The position numbers and the translations under genes were made by a program. From Lachnospiraceae bacterium (GTDB taxonomy: Bacteria > Bacillota > Clostridia > Lachnospirales > Lachnospiraceae): DNA of 64,000 bases. The notes beneath the pieces are model-generated. The model had not been told where the DNA came from. It made no database searches and worked only from the letters and a program-made list of their open reading frames with translations. Below, one piece after another: positions 36,234 through 45,020 of this stretch. The stretch is from contig JAZQNM010000037.1 of NCBI GenBank assembly GCA_045627305.1, forward strand, positions 16,962 to 80,961, written 5' to 3'. The number at the start of each line of letters is the position of its first letter. Position 1 is the first letter of the stretch.

Positions 36234-38240
36234 ATGTCATTTTTACAGTTGAAGGATATAGGTAAAATCTATGTCTCTGAAAACAATGTTTCTGTGGGAA
36301 TCAGAAATGTTAATCTATCCTTTGATAAGGGTGAATTTGTTGCAATTACCGGTGCTTCAGGTTCCGGTAAATCCACACTTCTGAATGTTATCAGCGGTAT
36401 GGATACCTACGAGGAAGGAGAACTCTATATAGAGGGGAATCCTACTTCACATTTTGTTCAATCCGATTGGGAACAGTATCGGGAGAACTATATTTCTTTT
36501 ATTTTCCAGGATTATAATATCATAGAGAGTTTTACTGTGTTACAGAATGTAGAGCTTGCTCTGATGAATATTACCAATCCCGTTGAAAGACGCCAAAGGG
36601 CAATGGAACTGCTTGAAAGAGTCGGCTTAACGAAATTCCTTCGTCAGAAGGGCAGTAAGTTATCCGGCGGTCAGAAGCAGCGATGCGTTATTGCCCGTGC
36701 ACTTGCGAAGGACAGCCCGATTATTCTTGCTGATGAGCCTACCGGAAATCTTGATGCACAGTCATCCAGGGAGATTATTGCATTACTTCGTGAAGTATCT
36801 GCCGATAAGCTTTTGATTATGGTTACGCATAACTTCGATGAGGTCGAAGAGTATGCCACAAGACAGATTCGTGTATTCGACGGGGCAGTGGAAGTAGACC
36901 ATGTTCTTCGTGACAATAGTGTCGATGTTATTATGACTCCCGAGACGGAATCCAAGAAGACGAATGTATCTCAACGTCGAATTGATTTCAGCAACGGATA
37001 CATTCTTGGTAAATCTACATTTTTCTCAAAACCCAAACTGACAATTTTCGTATGTCTGATTCTTTTAATCGGTACATTGGGTGCTACCATTGCATCCGGT
37101 TTACTTGGTAATGTTTTGGATTTGTTTAAGCCTTTTTATATGTTTACGCATGTGGAAGGTCGTGTTGTTGTATGCCATCGTGAAGCTCAGGCATTTGATC
37201 AAGAAGAAATCAATTCACTTGTCGAGAAATATGATGCTGAATATGCAATGCAGTATGATGCGATACTGGATGCAGAAGTAATCAATAAATATGATTTTGA
37301 TTATTATTTTGAGCGCTTCGGTAAGGAAAAATTTGAATATGCAACGCTTGATTTTCATGTAACAAAGGATAAACTCGGGTCTCCCAGTATCGGTGATTAT
37401 CCGAAGGACGATGATGAGGTTTTGCTGTATATTCCTATTAAGTACAGGGAACATTTCGGAAAGAATTCTATAGAGAAAAAGAATATTAAGGTTGGCACAC
37501 AGTTATTCGATGTTGTCGGAATTAAGTATTACTACGATAATACGAAACAGCCGCTTCTTGTTGTAAGTGAGGATTGTTACGATGATTTCTGTAAGCTTGT
37601 AGCGAGAAACTGGAAGGATTATCGGAATAAACGCCGTCAGTCTGCTGCAAATTCCATCTTTACCACGGTTTATATGATAACTGATTATATGAATGCTGAT
37701 GATAAGATTTATAACCAAACATCTTTATTCTTTAAAAATGACAGACAGGCACAGAAGGCAGCGAAGAAGCTTCTTGAAGACGGTTATCTGGCATGTACTT
37801 CTAAAGAAAAGTACAGTCCGAATATTGAAGATATGATTGAGCGTCTTCTTGAATACGGTCTCAGATTTATCTTCTGGGTATTGATTATCGTATTCCTGTC
37901 TTTCTTCGTGAATATGTGTACACACCGTTCATTGGATGTTATGAAGAACGACCTTGCCATTCTTCGTTCTATGGGAATTTCGGTTCGTGTCATTAAGATC
38001 AGTATGTATATGAGAATGTATCTTTCGATGATTCCCGGACTTATTCTTACCGGAATAGGCTGTACCATCATCTTTTTAACTCCGAGCCTGAACGGAATGT
38101 TGAAATTTATTCATTTTGGACAGTACCTTCTTATATTCATCGGTGTATTTATTATTACTACATTGGTTACAAGAAAGCAGGTTCGTCGTCTGTTCGAAGG
38201 CAGTGTTAAGAAGACTTTGAAAGGAGGTTCAGAAGCATGA
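36234..38240 (+). CDS. Fused ABC ATPase / FtsX-type permease (MacB-like topology)
   Basis: NBD (GASGSGKST, LSGGQKQR, IILADEPT), then TM1, a ~235-aa extracytoplasmic domain, and 3 C-terminal TM helices. Confidence 0.85.
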   Translation: MSFLQLKDIGKIYVSENNVSVGIRNVNLSFDKGEFVAITGASGSGKSTLLNVISGMDTYEEGELYIEGNPTSHFVQSDWEQYRENYISFIFQDYNIIESFTVLQNVELALMNITNPVERRQRAMELLERVGLTKFLRQKGSKLSGGQKQRCVIARALAKDSPIILADEPTGNLDAQSSREIIALLREVSADKLLIMVTHNFDEVEEYATRQIRVFDGAVEVDHVLRDNSVDVIMTPETESKKTNVSQRRIDFSNGYILGKSTFFSKPKLTIFVCLILLIGTLGATIASGLLGNVLDLFKPFYMFTHVEGRVVVCHREAQAFDQEEINSLVEKYDAEYAMQYDAILDAEVINKYDFDYYFERFGKEKFEYATLDFHVTKDKLGSPSIGDYPKDDDEVLLYIPIKYREHFGKNSIEKKNIKVGTQLFDVVGIKYYYDNTKQPLLVVSEDCYDDFCKLVARNWKDYRNKRRQSAANSIFTTVYMITDYMNADDKIYNQTSLFFKNDRQAQKAAKKLLEDGYLACTSKEKYSPNIEDMIERLLEYGLRFIFWVLIIVFLSFFVNMCTHRSLDVMKNDLAILRSMGISVRVIKISMYMRMYLSMIPGLILTGIGCTIIFLTPSLNGMLKFIHFGQYLLIFIGVFIITTLVTRKQVRRLFEGSVKKTLKGGSEA

Positions 38241-40645
38241 TTAAACTGGAATCCTTACATAAGTATTTTAATAAAGGCAAATCTAACGAAATCCATGTAA
38301 TCAATGATATTTCCTTTGATTTCCCAGAAAAGGGAATGGTTGCACTGTTCGGCCGCAGTGGTTGCGGAAAGACTACGCTTTTGAATGTTATCGGAGGGTT
38401 GGATAAGGTTCAGGGAGGTAGTATATTCATTGGCGGGCAGAAGATGAGTGCTTCAAAAGATGAACTCAGAAACAAATATATCGGTTATATTTTCCAGAAC
38501 TATTGTCTCAATATGACCGATTCCTGCTATGAAAATGTTGCGACAGCACTTAAACTTTGCGGAATGCGTGACAATGAAGAAATTCGTCCCAGAGTTATGA
38601 AGGCTCTGGAGATTGTTGGAATGCAGCAGTATGAAAAGCGTACACCCGATACGCTTTCTGGAGGACAACAGCAGAGAATTGCCATCGCACGTGCATTGGT
38701 GAAGAATGCACCCGTTATTCTTGCCGATGAGCCTACCGGCAATCTGGATGAGGCCAATACCGTTATGATTATGGATATCCTGAAGCAGATATCCAAGGAA
38801 CATCTTGTCATATTGGTTACACACGAAGAGAAGCTTGTAGATTATTATTGCGATTATGTGATTGAACTTTCCGATGGTAAGATTGTCGGAGTGAAAGAGA
38901 ATGAACAAACCGGTGGATATATTGCAAAGAATAAGAATGTAATCTATCTTGGTGAATATGAGAAGCAGGATACTAATAATGCAATGATTGATATGCAGTA
39001 TTACGGTGAGATGCCTGCGGAACCTGTTAAGGCTAGATTGATTAACCGTAATGGTGTACTGTATCTGAAGGTAGATTCCCCGAATGTGCATATACTCGAT
39101 GAAACGAGTGAAGTTCATCTTGAAGAAGGCAGTTTTGAAGAGAAACTGAAGGCTTCAGAGACTGTGAATGCAATTGATATGTCTGAGCTTACTTCTTTCG
39201 AAGGGAAGAATTACGGTAATCTTTATACTTTTAAGGATGGTATCAAATCCGGATTCCGTCTTACTTCGGACCGCTTAAAGAAGAAGGGAGCAAAGCGACT
39301 TAAAAGAGTGCTTATTCTTTTAGGTCTGATTTCTGTATTTATGATAGCAAGTTCCGCAGTGGACTTGAAAAATTATATGGATGCAAAGAAAGAAGCGGCT
39401 TCGAATTTTGTTAAAGTTACTTCTGATTATGAGCTTGGTCAGTATACCATAAATGAGATTCAGAAACTGGTTGACGATTCGGAAAATTCCGGCATTCTTT
39501 CGGCTGTCTATATTAATGGTTATAGCGGGTCGGATTCGGATGTAAATGGAGCAAGTGTTGAGATTGATATGGGAACATTTGAAACATATCGTGCCACATC
39601 TATTTTTTCTTTCTCCAGCAATGAAGGGTATAACATCTTTCCGCTTCCGATGTCAGACCTTGGTTCTCTGAAGATCAAAGCAGGTAAGAAAACCGATAAC
39701 AAAACGGACATTCTGATTTCATCTAAACTTGCGGATGAAATTCTTGAGAATAAACCATTCCGTTTTATTAATGACTATGATGATTTAGTTGGCCTGACAT
39801 TTGCTTCGGATGAGTTGTTCTATGAGGAAAATGGAATACTATTCGACAGTGAACAGGATTTCTATGATTATGAGTATGAACATGATCTCAATTTTTATAG
39901 TATATATTTTAAGGAAGACGGTTCCGTTTATGTGTATCAGGGAAATCCGGTTTCTTTCCGTATAAGTGGAATTGTAAACAGTGACGAGAAGATTGCTTTT
40001 TTTGATGATTCCTGGTTCCTGCCGAAAGAGATTTCTGAAGAGAAACAAAAAGTATTAGATGATGCATCAGTAGAATACTATGGTAGTTTTGTCATTAATC
40101 CCGTAGAAGGAAGTAATATTACGGGATGCCTGATTCATTGTTCAGATGTGGAAAAGGCTAAAAAATCCCTGGAAAATATTGGTGGTATTACTTCCGTTCA
40201 TGATTCCAAAGAGCAATACAAACGTGACATGGAAAAGGCGAAAATATATATGACATCCAATATGATGACGCTTCTTGTATGGGTTGGTTTGATCTGCCTT
40301 TGCATGTTCTTTGTTATGCGTTCGGTATATATGGGGCGTGTGAAGGAAATAGGTATTGCACGTGCTATAGGTGTTTCCAAGAAGAATATTCTTAGACGGA
40401 CTTATGTGGAAACCGGTGTTATGGCAATGGTCAGTGTAATTATCGGATACATTCTTGCAACTGGTTTCATTCAGTATCTGCAGACATTTTCCTCTAAGAC
40501 AAGTAGTATATTCTTCTACCCGTGGTATTTAAAGATTGCAGTATTGATATTACTTTTGGTAATCAGTATTTTAAGCGGTTCCATTTCTGCATTTCTGATT
40601 CTTCGCAAGACTCCGGCACAGATTATGTCGAAATATGATATTTAG
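38237..40645 (+). CDS. Fused ABC ATPase / FtsX-type permease (MacB-like topology), paralog 2
   Basis: NBD ([25 protein letters not shown]), TM1, a ~300-aa extracytoplasmic domain, and 3 C-terminal TM helices. A 4-nt overlap with the upstream paralog implies translational coupling. Confidence 0.85.
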   Translation: MIKLESLHKYFNKGKSNEIHVINDISFDFPEKGMVALFGRSGCGKTTLLNVIGGLDKVQGGSIFIGGQKMSASKDELRNKYIGYIFQNYCLNMTDSCYENVATALKLCGMRDNEEIRPRVMKALEIVGMQQYEKRTPDTLSGGQQQRIAIARALVKNAPVILADEPTGNLDEANTVMIMDILKQISKEHLVILVTHEEKLVDYYCDYVIELSDGKIVGVKENEQTGGYIAKNKNVIYLGEYEKQDTNNAMIDMQYYGEMPAEPVKARLINRNGVLYLKVDSPNVHILDETSEVHLEEGSFEEKLKASETVNAIDMSELTSFEGKNYGNLYTFKDGIKSGFRLTSDRLKKKGAKRLKRVLILLGLISVFMIASSAVDLKNYMDAKKEAASNFVKVTSDYELGQYTINEIQKLVDDSENSGILSAVYINGYSGSDSDVNGASVEIDMGTFETYRATSIFSFSSNEGYNIFPLPMSDLGSLKIKAGKKTDNKTDILISSKLADEILENKPFRFINDYDDLVGLTFASDELFYEENGILFDSEQDFYDYEYEHDLNFYSIYFKEDGSVYVYQGNPVSFRISGIVNSDEKIAFFDDSWFLPKEISEEKQKVLDDASVEYYGSFVINPVEGSNITGCLIHCSDVEKAKKSLENIGGITSVHDSKEQYKRDMEKAKIYMTSNMMTLLVWVGLICLCMFFVMRSVYMGRVKEIGIARAIGVSKKNILRRTYVETGVMAMVSVIIGYILATGFIQYLQTFSSKTSSIFFYPWYLKIAVLILLLVISILSGSISAFLILRKTPAQIMSKYDI

Positions 40646-40653
40646 TTTAGAAT

Positions 40654-40683
40654 CCCTGATGTCTTAGACATCAGGGGTTTTTT
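40654..40683 (+). terminator. Intrinsic terminator after the ABC gene pair
   Basis: CCCTGATGTC-TTAG-GACATCAGGG followed by T6. Confidence 0.85.
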
Positions 40684-40815
40684 ATATAACCGGAAATGCA
40701 AAGCAATTTTCGGTTATATAGAAATGCTCCGCTAAGGATGCACACTCGCGCACAAGGTAGAAAGTTACTTCGTAACATGCGCTCGGCGCGAGCATATCGC
40801 AAGCGATATGTTTTG
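40683..40815 (+). repeat. Three-hairpin intergenic repeat element, copy 1
   Basis: Hairpin 1 is TATATAACCGGAAA...TTTTCGGTTATATA. The conserved core GCTCCGCTAAGGATGCACACTCGCG is at 40726-40750. A 29-nt insert contains GTTAC-TTC-GTAAC. GCTCGGCGCG is at 40781-40790. Hairpin 3 is CATATCG-CAAG-CGATATG (40793-40810). It shares this architecture with 51472-51574. Confidence 0.65.
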
Positions 40816-40865
40816 TCATAGAACAGGAAAGTGCTCTGCATTTGCAAACGATATGCTTTGCTCTA

Positions 40866-40894
40866 TTGACAAAAGTGTTGCAAAGCGCTATACT
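40866..40894 (+). promoter_or_regulatory. Sigma-A promoter of the nrtR-pncA-pncB operon
   Basis: TTGACA, 17-nt spacer, TATACT. Confidence 0.65.
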
Positions 40895-40901
40895 TTGATT
40901 A

Positions 40902-40918
40902 AGTAGTAATTTACTACT
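40902..40918 (+). promoter_or_regulatory. Candidate NrtR operator (17-bp palindrome)
   Basis: AGTAGTAA-T-TTACTACT, perfect 8-bp arms, located between the -10 box and the RBS of the NrtR-like gene. Confidence 0.5.
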
Positions 40919-40947
40919 ATGAATGACTCTAATATGGTGGGAGTAGA

Positions 40948-41772
40948 ATGAAAAGAGTATTAAATGACAAAGGAATCACTGAGGAAGAGTTTCTCGCTAC
41001 ATTTGACAAAAAAGAATACGATTGCCCGGCAGTTACTGTGGATGTATTGCTTCTTCGTATGAAAGAAGATCTTTCCTGTATGCAGACACTTTTGATTAAG
41101 CGTAAGGAACACCCGTTTTTAGATTACTGGTCGCTCCCCGGTGGGTTCCTTGATATGAAAGAATCTGCCTATGACAGTGCGTGCCGTGTGCTGAAAGAGA
41201 AGACCGGTATTGATGGAATTTATCTGGAACAGCTTTATACGATGAATCAGCCGGAGCGTGACCCGCGAATGCGTGTGATTGATGTTTCTTATATCGGGTT
41301 GATTCCTTATTCAGAACGTGCAAATGCTTCAGAGAATGCTTTGGATGATACCGCCTGGTTTGATATTTCATATACAAAGCGAGGGATAACGCTTTCCAAT
41401 ATAGAACATTCGGAGCGCATCAGCTATACTTTGGAGGAGAGAGTTTTCCCGAATGGTATTATTTCCGTAAAAAACTATGTGCCTAAGATTGCTTCGGAAT
41501 CGGCACTGGCATTTGACCATTCCGAAATCGTATTGGAGGGACTTTCCAAACTTAGGAATAAAGTGCTTCTTTCCGATACTGCATTTAATCTGGTACCTGC
41601 AGAATTCACGCTTCCTGATTTGCAGAAGGTATATGAGGTTATTCTTGGAATAGAGCTTTATAAGGCTAATTTCCGTGATAAAATGGCCAATAAAATAGTA
41701 TCAATGGAACGACGTGAGAAACCCATATCCGGTAATCGGATTGCAGGTGTATATAAATATAAAAAACATTAG
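40948..41772 (+). CDS. nrtR: NrtR-like Nudix-domain transcriptional regulator of NAD metabolism
   Basis: Nudix box GGFLDMKESAYDSACRVLKEKTGI plus a C-terminal winged-helix-like domain (AFDHSEIVLEGLSKLRNKV, FTLPDLQKVYEVILG). Located directly upstream of pncA and pncB. Confidence 0.7.
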   Translation: MKRVLNDKGITEEEFLATFDKKEYDCPAVTVDVLLLRMKEDLSCMQTLLIKRKEHPFLDYWSLPGGFLDMKESAYDSACRVLKEKTGIDGIYLEQLYTMNQPERDPRMRVIDVSYIGLIPYSERANASENALDDTAWFDISYTKRGITLSNIEHSERISYTLEERVFPNGIISVKNYVPKIASESALAFDHSEIVLEGLSKLRNKVLLSDTAFNLVPAEFTLPDLQKVYEVILGIELYKANFRDKMANKIVSMERREKPISGNRIAGVYKYKKH

Positions 41773-41860
41773 AACGATGCGAAAGTCCACAAGCCATAAT
41801 ATATGGCTCTGGGAGATGATTTTTAGTTGATCTTCGATGTGAAAGAAAGGAAGGATAACT

Positions 41861-42388
41861 ATGAAAAAACTTTTGGTTGTCGTAGATATGCAAAATGATT
41901 TTGTTACAGGTGCTTTGGCGAATGAGAATGCGCAGGCAATCGTAGCAGATATGGTGTCGTATCTCGACGAATGGAAGGAGGATATCGTATTTACCCGTGA
42001 TACGCATACGGATGATTATATGAATACACTTGAAGGAAGGAAACTTCCCGTGAAACACTGCGTGAAAGGTACGGAGGGGTGGGAAGTGATTGAATCGTTG
42101 AAACCTTTTGTGGAAGCAATTGTGGAAAGAGGCGGTCAGGCATATATCGATAAGCCTGTATTTGGCGCAACGGAACTTGGAATATTTGTTAAGGAAAATG
42201 GCTATGAAGAGGTTACTTTGATTGGCGTTTGTACCGGAATCTGCGTTATAAACAATGCTATGATTGTCCGTACGATGAATCCCGAAACTAATGTTAAAGT
42301 TGTGGAACATCTGTGTGCATGCATTACGAAGGAAACACATGATACTGCAATTGCGGCAATGAAAACATTTCAGGTAGATATTGTTTAA
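41861..42388 (+). CDS. pncA: Nicotinamidase / cysteine hydrolase (isochorismatase family)
   Basis: VVDMQNDF, the K residue in the DKPVFG context, catalytic Cys in GVCTGICV. 175 aa. Adjacent to pncB. Confidence 0.8.
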   Translation: MKKLLVVVDMQNDFVTGALANENAQAIVADMVSYLDEWKEDIVFTRDTHTDDYMNTLEGRKLPVKHCVKGTEGWEVIESLKPFVEAIVERGGQAYIDKPVFGATELGIFVKENGYEEVTLIGVCTGICVINNAMIVRTMNPETNVKVVEHLCACITKETHDTAIAAMKTFQVDIV

Positions 42389-42436
42389 AAAAATATAGAT
42401 TTATTCGGCATATGGAAGCCGGGAAAGAGGTATGTT

Positions 42437-43672
42437 ATGAAATTAAAACGTATTGTAAATTCTTTGCTGGAAACGGATCTTTACAAATTCTCCATGGGTC
42501 AGGCAATCTATCATCAGTTCAGCGATTACAAGACAACGTGGTCCTTTAAATGCCGGAATAACGATGTGCATTTTACGGATGAAATGGTACAGGAGATTAA
42601 GGACCAGATTCGTGCTTATTGCGAGCTTCGTTTCACGGAGGACGAACTGGAGTATCTTCATAAAATCAAATGGCTGAAGGGTTCTTATGTGGATTTCCTC
42701 CGGCTGTGGAGACCGCGTTACGAGGATTTTGAGATTACAACCGATGCGGAATGCGGACTTGGTATTGAAACAAAGGGCACCTGGTTGAATACATCTATGT
42801 ACGAGATTCCTACGTTAAGCATCGTTAATGAAGTGTATTTTCGTATGAATTACGATTATGACAAGCTGATAAAGAGCTTTGAAAAGCGTCTGATTGCAAA
42901 GGCTAAGGGAGTCAGCGACGGTACTTATATTCTTGGGAATTATTCCGAGTTCGGTTTGCGAAGAAGATTATCGTCTGAAGCGCAGGAGATGGCTGTTCGT
43001 ATGCTGGCTGAGACGACTGCAGCCAAATCCCATTTCGTCGGTACTTCGAATGTATATCTTGCAAAGAAATACAATCTTGTTCCGGTCGGTACGATGGCAC
43101 ACGAATGGATTATGTGTGTCGGTCAGGGCAATCACAGACACAATCCCGCCTACTCCAATTATTATGCTTTGGATGCATGGGTTAAGGAATACGGTGTTTT
43201 AAACGGTACCGCACTTACCGATGCGATTACAACGGATTGCTTCCTTCGGGATTTCAATCTGACATTTGCCACTTTGTTCAGTGGTGTGCGCCATGACAGC
43301 GGAGATCCGTTCGTATGGGGCGATAAGATGCTTGAACACTACAGAAAGCTTGGAATTGACGGCAGTCAGAAGACACTTTTGTTCAGTGACAGTCTTGATT
43401 TCGAGAGAGCCGATAAATTGTATCGTTATTTTGAAGGAAGGGCGAAAGTTGCATTTGGAATCGGTACATTTATCTCCAATGATACCGAAGTGGAGCCACT
43501 CAATATTGTTATGAAGACGACCGCCTGCAACGGAAATGATGTGGCTAAGATATCCGATGTAGAAGGAAAGGGAATGTGCAAGAATCCGGAATATGTCGAT
43601 TATCTTCAGAGAAGTATTGATTGGAGAATGGTGCACGAGAGCAAGCCGGTTACGGAGATATTGGAGTCATAG
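42437..43672 (+). CDS. pncB: Nicotinate phosphoribosyltransferase
   Basis: N-terminal LLETDLYKFSMGQA, EFGLRRR, GTSN, GVRHDSGDP, GIGT motifs typical of the ~400-aa PncB class. Confidence 0.88.
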   Translation: MKLKRIVNSLLETDLYKFSMGQAIYHQFSDYKTTWSFKCRNNDVHFTDEMVQEIKDQIRAYCELRFTEDELEYLHKIKWLKGSYVDFLRLWRPRYEDFEITTDAECGLGIETKGTWLNTSMYEIPTLSIVNEVYFRMNYDYDKLIKSFEKRLIAKAKGVSDGTYILGNYSEFGLRRRLSSEAQEMAVRMLAETTAAKSHFVGTSNVYLAKKYNLVPVGTMAHEWIMCVGQGNHRHNPAYSNYYALDAWVKEYGVLNGTALTDAITTDCFLRDFNLTFATLFSGVRHDSGDPFVWGDKMLEHYRKLGIDGSQKTLLFSDSLDFERADKLYRYFEGRAKVAFGIGTFISNDTEVEPLNIVMKTTACNGNDVAKISDVEGKGMCKNPEYVDYLQRSIDWRMVHESKPVTEILES

Positions 43673-43709
43673 AGAAAGATTAGAGAAATAATAGAACACG
43701 CTAAACTAA

Positions 43710-43750
43710 AAACCCGCCTGGAGGATATTGAAAATCCTTTTGGCGGGTTT
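43710..43750. terminator. Bidirectional terminator between pncB and icd
   Basis: AAACCCGCC...GGCGGGTTT outer stem with an inner AGGAT/ATCCT stem. A/T runs on both sides. Confidence 0.75.
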
Positions 43751-43773
43751 ATATTTTTACATCTTGTATAAGC

Positions 43774-44985
43774 TTACATTATAGCTTCAAGTCTTTCACG
43801 AATCGCTTTTATGAAATCGGAAGAATTTACTGCGGTTGCTGAGTATTCAGCAGAAACCAGACCGGCAAGGTCTTTCGTCATAATACCGTCGTTCAACGTT
43901 TTCAGAACTGCGGCTTCCAAATTGTCTGCATATTTCACAAGATCCTGAAGACCATCCTTCTCACCACGTTTACGGAATGCACCGGACCATGCGAAGATGG
44001 TAGCTACAGGGTTCGTAGAGGTTTCCTCACCCTTTAAGTAACGATAGTAATGACGTGTTACGGTTCCGTGCGCAGCCTCGTACTCATAGTTCCCGTCCGG
44101 GCTTACGAGAACACTGGTCATCATGGCAAGAGAACCGAAAGCGGTGCTGACCATATCACTCATAACGTCTCCGTCGTAGTTCTTGCAGGCCCAGATAAAT
44201 CCGCCTTTGGAACGGATAACACGGGCTACGGCATCATCAATCAGTGTGTAGAAGTAAGTAATGCCTGCTTCTTCAAAACGGGACTTGTATTCGTTATCGT
44301 AAAGTTCCTGGAAGACATCCTTGAAACGATGGTCGTATTTCTTGGAAATGGTATCCTTTGTGGAGAACCAGAGATCCTGCTTTACGGAAAGTGCATACTC
44401 GAAGCAGCTTCTTGCGTAGGACTCGATAGAAGAGTCTTTGTTGTACATGCCCTGCAGAACACCGGGACATTCGAAATCATAAATTGTCTCACGCATCTGT
44501 GTGCCATCCTCACCGGAGAACAGAAGTTCAGCCTTACCGGGGCAAGGAATGCGGAATTCGGTATTCTTATAAACGTCACCATAGGCATGTCTGGCAATCG
44601 TAATCGGCTTCTCCCATGTGCGAACGTTAGGTTTGATGGATTCAATCATGATGGGAGCACGGAACACGGTACCGTCGAGAATGGCACGAATCGTTCCGTT
44701 GGGACTTTTCCACATCTTAGAAAGTTTGTATTCCTCAACACGCTGTGCATTCGGGGTAATGGTTGCACATTTGACTGCAACACCATATTTCTTTGCTGCA
44801 TAGCTTGCATCTAATGTAACCTGGTCCTTCGTACGCTCACGCTCCGGAAGACCGAGATCAAAGTACTCGGATTTTAAATCAACAAAAGGAAGAATCAGTT
44901 CATCTTTAATCATCTTCCAAAGGATTCGGGTCATCTCATCGCCATCCATCTCAACGAGAGGAGTGGTCATCTGAATTTTAGCCAT
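43774..44985 (-). CDS. icd: NADP-dependent isocitrate dehydrogenase (eukaryote-like homodimeric type)
   Basis: 403 aa with VEMDGDEMTRI.W, TITPN, GTVFR, NYDGDV.SD and EAAHGTVTRHY motifs. Confidence 0.9.
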   Translation of the reverse strand: MAKIQMTTPLVEMDGDEMTRILWKMIKDELILPFVDLKSEYFDLGLPERERTKDQVTLDASYAAKKYGVAVKCATITPNAQRVEEYKLSKMWKSPNGTIRAILDGTVFRAPIMIESIKPNVRTWEKPITIARHAYGDVYKNTEFRIPCPGKAELLFSGEDGTQMRETIYDFECPGVLQGMYNKDSSIESYARSCFEYALSVKQDLWFSTKDTISKKYDHRFKDVFQELYDNEYKSRFEEAGITYFYTLIDDAVARVIRSKGGFIWACKNYDGDVMSDMVSTAFGSLAMMTSVLVSPDGNYEYEAAHGTVTRHYYRYLKGEETSTNPVATIFAWSGAFRKRGEKDGLQDLVKYADNLEAAVLKTLNDGIMTKDLAGLVSAEYSATAVNSSDFIKAIRERLEAIM

Positions 44986-45020
44986 AGTTTATATCTCCTT
45001 AAAATTCATTTCAGATATGT

